This document shows, in pieces, positions 53,216 to 60,087 of a stretch of 64,000 nt of DNA. The notes beneath the pieces are model-generated. The model was not told the origin of the DNA, did no database searches, and was given only the letters and a program-made list of their open reading frames with translations. The DNA comes from a virus: UHGV virus genome UHGV-0113858. The stretch is one strand, 5' to 3'. Positions within the stretch are counted from its first letter, which is position 1; the number at the start of each line of letters is the position of its first letter. The position numbers were made by a program, and so were the translations under genes.

Positions 53216-53479
53216 ATGACAAACATGATTTACACTGTAAGCAAAACAAGCCTTTTACGCGCTACCCTGCTGGCTTGCCTTATTGCTTTAGTGTCTAATA
53301 CGTGTTTTAACTCGCTGGCTTGCCTGGTAACGACTGAGACAATGGCGCAAGGTTTTAACACCATGATCGACGTTTTACAATTGACGTTTTACACTCTGAT
53401 TAAACTTAATCGCTTTAATCGTTTAGACCGTTATGATCTCCCTTTCTTGATCGCTGGCCTGCTGGCTATCGCGCTGTAA
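53216..53479 (+). CDS. small membrane protein (87 aa)
   Basis: Hydrophobic (LLRATLLACLIALVSN, LPFLIAGLLAIAL); weak SD. Confidence 0.35.
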   Translation: MTNMIYTVSKTSLLRATLLACLIALVSNTCFNSLACLVTTETMAQGFNTMIDVLQLTFYTLIKLNRFNRLDRYDLPFLIAGLLAIAL

Positions 53480-53849
53480 GTCTCCACTACTCCCCAAAAA
53501 TAATGCCGGGCAACTCCCGCTTTTGTGTTTTTATACTTTAGGTTTTATCAATCAATAATCAAAAAGTGATAGATGACTAAAACCTGCATAATCGAGATCT
53601 CCAGACGGTAACCCACTAACCAGGGTAAGAGATAAAGCCCCTCAAAATGGCACATATTGCGCTTAAAATGGTATGGCCCTACCTAACAACCCCAACAATT
53701 AATAACGCATGTTATTAACTGAATAAAACATGCATTTTTAAGCATTATGTATGCATAGTGTGAGAATCGCTATCAAATGACAACTTTTATCATCTAGCCT
53801 ATTGTGTGAACTGGTTTTATTGAGCATAAAAATAAAATCTTGTCAAATA

Positions 53850-54200
53850 AAAATCGTTCGCGTAATCGTGGGGAGTGGCGCGAGCGTAGCGAGCGACACA
53901 ATAACACGGGAGTAACTCAAATGATAATCTCCCCGTCGCTAAAGCGATTAGCAACTAAAGTTGCTAACCCGTGGAACGGGCTATTATCATTTTCGTTCGC
54001 GTTATCGTGGCTCGTAGACGCCTAAGAGCGAATGAAAATTGTTATCATTAAGATGATTACATACGTAATCATTAACAGCCTAATTTTATCACATCGCCAC
54101 GATAACACCGATCACGCCCTGCGTGATCGCTCCCGTGTTATTGTGTCGATAGATATCGATTAGCGTAAACGCTAACCCGTTTCGGGCATTGATTGTGTCG
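53850..54200. repeat. structured non-coding module: 19-bp inverted repeat plus two copies of a twin-hairpin motif
   Basis: The 19-bp inverted repeat CGACACAATAACACGGGAG lies at 53894-53912 and 54129-54147. The duplicated motif consists of two adjacent hairpins, TTAGC(AAC/G)-TAAA-(GTT/C)GCTAA then CCCGT(gga/tt)ACGGG, at about 53950-53990 and about 54158-54186. A second inverted repeat GCGTTATCGTGGC/GCCACGATAAC is also present. Confidence 0.55.
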
Positions 54201-54453
54201 GTATGTGATGATAACACATGGTTACTATATGCGATCAAATCGCATTAAATCGTGAATAATGGTTGACAAACCAGAATTATTGATAATGAAAACATGTTGT
54301 TTTTGAGCATAGTTTGCCTGAAGTGTCAATATAAATTTATCATAGGGAATAGCTATCAATCCCTTGCGTAGCAATAAAGAAAATAGTTACCTATTGTAAC
54401 TATTTCAATGCTTTAGCATTGCCGGGTATCCGGTCCGTAACGGTGTTGATGGG

Positions 54454-54614
54454 AATGATTATCATTGCGGAAATGCTCAAAGTATAGCTGTGTGTTAAAC
54501 ACAATTCTCTCTCCTTGTCAAGCTTTTATTTATAAATTTACAAAATATTTATATTTGCGGAATGATTCTCATTTCGAAATTGAATTCGAAATCGAAATAA
54601 TAATGATTCTCATT
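54454..54614. promoter_or_regulatory. cluster of Fur-box-like palindromes with CGAAAT repeats
   Basis: AATGATTATCATT at 54454; AATGATTCTCATT at 54561 and 54602; these flank TTCGAAATTGAATTCGAAATCGAAAT. Confidence 0.4.
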
Positions 54615-55209
54615 CGTCGTCTCATTCACAAAACAACCCTAAAACATGAATAATCACACATGAAACTATCACCACAGTAACAGTCACACCATGTAATGAC
54701 CTGAAGCGGCTGGCCTATGCGTCGCACTGGTAACATTGGGGCATTATTAGCTTGCTATGTGTTGTTATCTAGTGCGTATAACGTGTTTTATGTTAAATGG
54801 CGTAATTCATATAAATATAAACAAGTCAATAGCAAATCGTGCTCTAAGCTGGCAAACCATATGCTTGCTATGTATCACACACAATTATTATTAGTTTCGG
54901 CAAGTAACTATCATGTCTGAGGAGGCCCCGAGGAACCGGGAACCGGATCGACCTTGCCCATGATATTTTGTAAAGATCCGTAAAAATAGTTGACGCCCGG
55001 AGCTGTCCGTCTAGCACCTCAGACAGTGCGAATGCTCCAAAACACCCAGACAGATATTTTTCGGCAAGTGATATTTTCGGCAGGGGGCATGTTTTGATTT
55101 CCCCACGGGGGAAGGGGTGGTTATACGGGGAAAACAGGGGCCTGTTTACGGTATCGACATATCGGGGAGTCCCTTCAGATTGTGTGTTAATGAAATGAGT
55201 ACGTAGTAC

Positions 55210-55228
55210 AATGAGAATCATTCTCATT
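55210..55228. promoter_or_regulatory. Fur-box-like perfect palindrome
   Basis: AATGAGAATCATTCTCATT, 19-bp dyad. Confidence 0.4.
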
Positions 55229-55332
55229 TACAGACAACCGGGCAGGTCCGGTGATTGTTTCGTGCAGCCTCAGCACCTGTTGCTGTGTGCAGGATAACAG
55301 GGTTGCCTATTCAGGTCAACCCCTTCGTGCGG

Positions 55333-55620
55333 TCACCACTGATGAAATCTTTTGTGCTCCCATCTCGCCCGGCTGATGATACACCACATAGCCTGTTCAT
55401 CATAGAAACCAAGCGCTTTAAGCTCTTGCTTCACATCGCTCAACTGTGCGTATAAATAAAGCTTTTTACTACCTTGACGCAGGAGGATAGCTGGTACAAG
55501 TGTCTTTGCATAGTCCAACAACACCTCTATTCTCTGCCTTTTCCCTTCAGATTTCTTGCGTGGGCAATTCCTGATGTGTGCCAGTTTTGCTGGCGCTTTT
55601 ACTACTTTGTTGAAAGCCAT
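55333..55620 (-). CDS. basic hypothetical protein (95 aa)
   Basis: ORF track; AAGGAA SD. Confidence 0.5.
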   Translation of the reverse strand: MAFNKVVKAPAKLAHIRNCPRKKSEGKRQRIEVLLDYAKTLVPAILLRQGSKKLYLYAQLSDVKQELKALGFYDEQAMWCIISRARWEHKRFHQW

Positions 55621-55800
55621 AGAGGTTCCTTAAAGAATGGTTGTGATGATCAGACATTGTTGTGTGGTTCTCATCATTGCATGGGTGGCCTGGCCCGTTG
55701 GAGGGTCGTTATTGTCATCATCGTCATCTACGAATAAGGTAAGGACCACCACCACGATGGCAACAATCCCCAACACCCAAAGAACTATAAGTCCCATCAT
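55621..55800 (-). CDS. small membrane protein with acidic stretch (59 aa)
   Basis: AAGGATGA SD; product MMGLIVLWVLGIVAIVVVVLTLFVDDDDDNND; not in the track. Confidence 0.4.
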
Positions 55801-55913
55801 TCATCCTTCTTAGCCACTGGCCCAATAGATACGTACAACATCATCCCATAAGGGATAAGGATCAGGAGCACTGTAATCAGCATCCCTAGTAATAAGAAAC
55901 CCATGTCGTCCAT
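55797..55913 (-). CDS. micro membrane protein (38 aa)
   Basis: GAGGAGAATTTT SD; product MDDMGFLLLGMLITVLLILIPYG. Confidence 0.35.
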   Translation of the reverse strand: MDDMGFLLLGMLITVLLILIPYGMMLYVSIGPVAKKDE

Positions 55914-55942
55914 AAAATTCTCCTCGTGTAATTGATAGAGGG

Positions 55943-55971
55943 AGTATAATCGCCGAGCCTGTTTACGTCAA
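55943..55971 (-). promoter_or_regulatory. sigma70 promoter (minus strand)
   Basis: Minus strand: TTGACG, 17-nt spacer, TATACT. Confidence 0.5.
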
Positions 55972-55993
55972 GGTAAATTGATGCTCCACTTTA

Positions 55994-56024
55994 GATAAAA
56001 GAAAAGGAGCCTCTTCAGACTCCC
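55994..56024 (-). terminator. rho-independent terminator (minus strand)
   Basis: Minus strand: GGAGTC-TGAAGA-GGCTCC followed by TTTTCTTTTATC. Confidence 0.5.
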
Positions 56025-56036
56025 TTGTGGTGTGGG

Positions 56037-56465
56037 TCAGATATTCTTGACTGCGATCAGGTTTGGGACATACGTACATGTTGGGGAGTAAGGGGTGTCC
56101 TTCCTGCGAAGCTGTGTCTTGCACAGAGAAGCATGTGATTGTGTGTCCACAGGCTCTCGGTCATAGAACGGATATCCGCTGCACATGTACGGGCGATCCT
56201 CGTAAATTGAGCACTTGTTGTCTTTCAGCTTTGTGCAGGTAAAGTAGCTGGTGAAGTGATTTGTTCCTTTACCAACTTCCTCACGACCTGTAACAACAAG
56301 AGGATTCCGTTTGTAGGCCTCATCCCTGGAGATTGGTTTCATCATCTCCCCGTGGATAGCAGATATTCTTCCGGCCCTGATTTTTTCGTGGAAGTCTTCG
56401 TGGGTGATGTTGTCTATGGCGATAACTTCACAACAGGCACTGCAATTATGGCAATGTTTTATCAT
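56037..56465 (-). CDS. YkgJ/UPF0153-like Cys-cluster protein (CxxCxxCC)
   Basis: HCHNCSACCE, plus downstream Cys residues (CTKL, KCSIY, MCSGYPFY). Confidence 0.5.
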   Translation of the reverse strand: MIKHCHNCSACCEVIAIDNITHEDFHEKIRAGRISAIHGEMMKPISRDEAYKRNPLVVTGREEVGKGTNHFTSYFTCTKLKDNKCSIYEDRPYMCSGYPFYDREPVDTQSHASLCKTQLRRKDTPYSPTCTYVPNLIAVKNI

Positions 56466-56783
56466 TTATAACCTCATCCAGGTTTGATAGTCAGCTTCTG
56501 TGTGGTGCTCATCCCGTGCAACCTTTTGTGGTGGAGCAGGGTTCTTTGCAGCAGCTTCCATGATTCCCCGTGGGTCGGGGTCTTCAATCAGGTGTTTGTG
56601 TTCATCACAGGCGTAATGCTTGTACCAGTCACGCAGTCCCCACGGTGGTTGGTATTTCGTCATAACTGTGCAGCGCCTGCGGATGCCAATGGCTTTGCAG
56701 AATTTGCAGTAGGTTATAGGTTTGCACTTCTTCAGCGGGATAGCTTTCATTATCACCCCGCAAATGGATGGTGCAGAATACAC
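56466..56783 (-). CDS. Cys-rich zinc-ribbon-like protein
   Basis: KKCKPITYCKFCKAIGIRRRC...YACDEH. Confidence 0.45.
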   Translation of the reverse strand: MYSAPSICGVIMKAIPLKKCKPITYCKFCKAIGIRRRCTVMTKYQPPWGLRDWYKHYACDEHKHLIEDPDPRGIMEAAAKNPAPPQKVARDEHHTEADYQTWMRL

Positions 56784-56947
56784 ACAGCGAAGTTAAATAG
56801 TGTCAGCAACTGAAGTGGCAGCATCCACCACCGACGTCCTTCGGGAAAGAATTGCACCATACTTCTCCAACCAACACATTCGAAAACCGCTGCGACGGAG
56901 ATGAATAACCAAAGAAACCAGAGTATTGCCAATAGTGCTGTCATCAA
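56753..56947 (-). CDS. small membrane protein (64 aa)
   Basis: LLAILWFLWLFISVAAVF. Confidence 0.4.
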   Translation of the reverse strand: MMTALLAILWFLWLFISVAAVFECVGWRSMVQFFPEGRRWWMLPLQLLTLFNFAVCILHHPFAG

Positions 56948-57147
56948 TAATATTCCCCCTCATCACCCATATACCACGAGTCCGGGCTATCGTCTAAAGC
57001 AGCCTCTCCCCAGTCACGGCTCTTTTTCCCTTTGGTCTGTTCCTTTCCAAAAAGAGCAGTCCCGTCAAGAAGATGGCCCATAGCTTTCTCGCCCTTTTTG
57101 ACGATCCTCCCACGGGCATTCCATTCTTCAAATGTTCTGTAGGCCAT
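56944..57147 (-). CDS. hypothetical protein (67 aa)
   Basis: ORF track. Confidence 0.4.
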   Translation of the reverse strand: MAYRTFEEWNARGRIVKKGEKAMGHLLDGTALFGKEQTKGKKSRDWGEAALDDSPDSWYMGDEGEYY

Positions 57148-57156
57148 AATTTTCCA

Positions 57157-57435
57157 TCACCAAAGAATTACATAGTTATGCTTCAAGCATCTCTTCATAC
57201 CATAAAGGTCGGCCTGAATGCACATGATGACCAACTCACGATCGAAAGATGTCATGCCGTCTTCATGGCAACTCTTTACATAGTTTTCGATCCAAACTTC
57301 ATCTGTTAACAGCGCCTCTGTGGTAGCAATTTCTTGCTTTATCCACTCACGCTCTTCAGGTGTTATTGGGGTCCCCATCCTTGCATCCGTAAAGATATTC
57401 ATGGTGTCATCTCCCACCAAACATTGAACATCCAT
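57157..57435 (-). CDS. hypothetical protein (92 aa)
   Basis: ORF track. Confidence 0.4.
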   Translation of the reverse strand: MDVQCLVGDDTMNIFTDARMGTPITPEEREWIKQEIATTEALLTDEVWIENYVKSCHEDGMTSFDRELVIMCIQADLYGMKRCLKHNYVILW

Positions 57436-57632
57436 GCTGAAAGAAATGCATGGGCAATCATCATGAGACCAGGGAAAACAAACGGATCTTCTTTTTTACG
57501 AAGCAGGAGTGTTAATCCCTGCAACCCACAGCAAACCGTGTTCAAAATGAACAAGAAAAACGTAAATACTAAGACAAACATATCCTTACTCCCAAAGACC
57601 AAAGTGATTAAGTACCGCGATGATGAGAACAA
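57399..57632 (-). CDS. small membrane protein
   Basis: Hydrophobic; the start is possibly internal. Confidence 0.35.
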   Translation of the reverse strand: MFSSSRYLITLVFGSKDMFVLVFTFFLFILNTVCCGLQGLTLLLRKKEDPFVFPGLMMIAHAFLSAWMFNVWWEMTP

Positions 57633-57741
57633 TGGCTACGACTTTCAGGATAAAAGGCAGACATCCGAGGTTCTCATAAACACCGCTTCTTTCCGCATTG
57701 AAGTGATCGCGGACGATCGCCCTCATTATCCAGAAATTCAT
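57586..57741 (-). CDS. micro membrane protein (about 51 aa)
   Basis: AAGAGGAGGAGCT SD then ATG; C-terminal TM segment; not in the track. Confidence 0.4.
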   Translation of the reverse strand: MNFWIMRAIVRDHFNAERSGVYENLGCLPFILKVVAIVLIIAVLNHFGLWE

Positions 57742-57793
57742 AGCTCCTCCTCTTGATTAGATACCCTGAGGATATATTACTATCCATGAGGTG

Positions 57794-58039
57794 TCAAGGC
57801 TCTTTTCCAAAAAGAATACGATCATGACCAACAATAGCCTTCGTCTTTTCCTTCAGAGCGAACCGCTTTGTCCAGTCAGCCATGTCCTGAATGTACCAAC
57901 AAGCCTCTGCCGCTGCACGAATATTCGCTACATATTCGAGTGCGCCCTGATACCCACGAGAAACACCCTCCGCCCACCGGATACCGGGGCGCGTTGTATC
58001 AAGATGCTCTAATGCCTTCTTAACATTTTCCATCATCAA
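57794..58039 (-). CDS. hypothetical protein (81 aa)
   Basis: ORF track. Confidence 0.45.
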   Translation of the reverse strand: MMMENVKKALEHLDTTRPGIRWAEGVSRGYQGALEYVANIRAAAEACWYIQDMADWTKRFALKEKTKAIVGHDRILFGKEP

Positions 58040-58334
58040 CCTCCAGGAGATATTTTTGTCTACGTCGCACTCTCACATCATGCATACCTGTACTGCCGAG
58101 AAGATTTGCGATCTTCCATGATTTTACTTCAGGAAATTCCTTTTTTACCACACCCTGAAGATGTTTGTTTATTTTTCTACGGGTCTCCACTGCACGTTTA
58201 TAACCTTTAGTTTTGAACAGGTTACACCAGGTGTCTCTGGTATTTGCATCGATGCTGAAACTTCTCATCACTAATTGAAAGATCCGTTTACGGTGACCCG
58301 TACATGTCTCATCGAGGACATAATAATTTTTCAC
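58020..58334 (-). CDS. basic hypothetical protein (104 aa)
   Basis: ORF track. Confidence 0.45.
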   Translation of the reverse strand: MKNYYVLDETCTGHRKRIFQLVMRSFSIDANTRDTWCNLFKTKGYKRAVETRRKINKHLQGVVKKEFPEVKSWKIANLLGSTGMHDVRVRRRQKYLLEVDDGKC

Positions 58335-58421
58335 AAGAACTCCTTCACAAAAAGATCGACGGCAAAATCCAGGCCCCGGCGTAGCGGGGGTACTGGATTT
58401 GGACGGCGCGGCGCTTCGCGC

Positions 58422-58970
58422 CTATACACGATCACCAAACAGTTTTTCAAAGCTAGCCATTCTTTCTTTCACCCGTTCAGGGTCTGCGGACAAGAAGTGG
58501 CGACTATCGCCCCTGATAAGTGTTCCCGTGTAGCCGATACTTTTATTAAAGGCTGTGGCGATATCTTCCACAGCATATCCTCTCTTGTGCAGTTCCCTTA
58601 TGACCGCGACATCCTCGTCACTGAGTGCTTGATTTCCCGCCTTGATGTTCTTAGCAGTACCTTCGGGACCATTTTTACCCTTCACCATCCCCGTAACCTC
58701 ATAAAAGTATTCCGGGATTCTTGAAGGAACCAGCACAGGGTCTCTTAATCGGACGGCCTTTATAACCTTGTGGTATGAGATTCCCATCATTTCGGCTACT
58801 TTCGTCAAAGGCCATTTGGTGTACTTCTTGATGGCTTTCAGAAAGATAACCTCCTCGTTTGAGAGCGATCTCCCATTGGGGGTCCCACTCGGGTCCCACC
58901 ATTGGTAATCTCTTGCCATCTGCTGTAAAGACTGCGTTCCCATAGCCATATTTTTGCTTTCTATCTTCAT
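58422..58970 (-). CDS. protein with two HTH-like segments (182 aa)
   Basis: LTKVAEMMGISYHKVIKAV and VEDIATAFNKSIGYTGTLIRG. Confidence 0.5.
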   Translation of the reverse strand: MKIESKNMAMGTQSLQQMARDYQWWDPSGTPNGRSLSNEEVIFLKAIKKYTKWPLTKVAEMMGISYHKVIKAVRLRDPVLVPSRIPEYFYEVTGMVKGKNGPEGTAKNIKAGNQALSDEDVAVIRELHKRGYAVEDIATAFNKSIGYTGTLIRGDSRHFLSADPERVKERMASFEKLFGDRV

Positions 58971-59129
58971 TCACCGCCACTCCATCTTTACGCAACCGTA
59001 GCCTTTGTCCTTACATTTTACCATCTGCCGAATGGCCTCGTCAAAGCTTTCGCCCTGCCAGAATACATAATATTTATACTCACCTTCGTAGGCGTTTGTC
59101 CAGTATTGGACAGTAAAAGTGCTTCCCAT
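58971..59129 (-). CDS. micro-protein (52 aa)
   Basis: TTAGGAGGCTAA SD; stop adjacent to the next start; not in the track. Confidence 0.4.
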   Translation of the reverse strand: MGSTFTVQYWTNAYEGEYKYYVFWQGESFDEAIRQMVKCKDKGYGCVKMEWR

Positions 59130-59148
59130 TTAGCCTCCTAATGATTTT

Positions 59149-59314
59149 CTAATAGCCGCCAAAAACGATCCAGGAAAAGGTTAGCCCAGAATGCGAATGC
59201 TATTCCAAACAACAACATCCCCAAGAACTCGCGAAATTCTGTTGTCAGCACCAGGCCAGTCCCCATGATAATGGTCATGATAACACAGCCCAAGGTTTTC
59301 CAGATCTCAATCAT
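59149..59314 (-). CDS. micro membrane protein (55 aa)
   Basis: ATGA overlap with the upstream stop; product MIEIWKTLGCVIMTIIMGTGLVL. Confidence 0.35.
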
Positions 59315-59559
59315 AAAGCGCCATCCCAGATCTCAAAAGATTCACCACCAAGCCTGAGGAGATCATGCTCATGAATCGGACAACAACGAAATCCTTCCAG
59401 CAGGCACATTTTGTCTAAATTGTAAACAAGATATAAACTGCCTCCCTTAGACATGTAAATGTAAATGCCCTGTAACCACTTAGGGTCCCTGAAGTAAATT
59501 CCATTGCTCCGAGATTTCTTCAGAGCAGACTTTATCAAAACCAAATCATCGTAAATCAT
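59311..59559 (-). CDS. hypothetical protein (82 aa)
   Basis: ORF track. Confidence 0.45.
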   Translation of the reverse strand: MIYDDLVLIKSALKKSRSNGIYFRDPKWLQGIYIYMSKGGSLYLVYNLDKMCLLEGFRCCPIHEHDLLRLGGESFEIWDGAL

Positions 59560-59571
59560 ATTTTATCCTCA

Positions 59572-59820
59572 TTAAGGCTTGGAAGGAGGGGCTGGTGGTG
59601 GACCTGGTCGCAACATCTTAGCAGAGACTGCGGCGATAATCTCTTCCCGTGTGGGATAGTAAATGCACTCATCCTCTTTTTCCTGGACGTGCTCTGCAAT
59701 CTTTGCCATTGCACTTTCTTTCGTCAAAGAGGAATTCCAAATGGTTAGCCACAGGAATCCAAAGAATTTTTCCTGCACCCACCAACGTCCACCTTGACAT
59801 TTTAGCCTAAATTTATTCAT
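59572..59820 (-). CDS. hypothetical protein with Pro-rich tail (about 82 aa)
   Basis: Start at MNKFRLK, in ATGA overlap with the upstream micro-ORF. Confidence 0.4.
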   Translation of the reverse strand: MNKFRLKCQGGRWWVQEKFFGFLWLTIWNSSLTKESAMAKIAEHVQEKEDECIYYPTREEIIAAVSAKMLRPGPPPAPPSKP

Positions 59821-59955
59821 CGTAAGAAATCCCCTTAACATAACGCCAAGTTTTACGGCAATAGGCGAGCCACTTGGCAAGTTCGTCTTCACCAACACCA
59901 GATTTGCACAAATACCAGCCGTTGTCAACACTCACCCGCCCATAGATGCAGAAGT
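59797..59955 (-). CDS. micro-protein (52 aa)
   Basis: AAAGGAGAAATC SD then ATG, downstream of a TTGACA-16-CATAAT promoter; not in the track. Confidence 0.4.
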
Positions 59956-60035
59956 TTTTCATACGCCTCCCCATGATTTCTCCTTTGAAATTGTTTATCT
60001 TGGCATTATGACAGAAAAAGAGGTCGTGTCAACAG

Positions 60036-60064
60036 TTGATTGATACCAAATTTGTTGGTATACT
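60036..60064 (+). promoter_or_regulatory. sigma70 promoter (extended -10) in a divergent promoter region
   Basis: TTGATT, 17-nt spacer, TGgTATACT. The palindrome TCAACAGTTGA overlaps both divergent promoters. Confidence 0.55.
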
Positions 60065-60087
60065 CCCCATACAGATTTTAGAGGAGA

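Noticed and set aside
53840-54025. 61-aa ORF inside the structured non-coding region.
   Set aside because: It lies across inverted repeats and hairpins, has no SD, and has an Arg/Ser/Asn-rich composition; it is probably spurious.
58699-58995. 98-aa ORF in an alternative frame overlapping 58422..58970.
   Set aside because: The overlap is almost complete, and the other frame shows HTH motifs; this is a likely shadow ORF.
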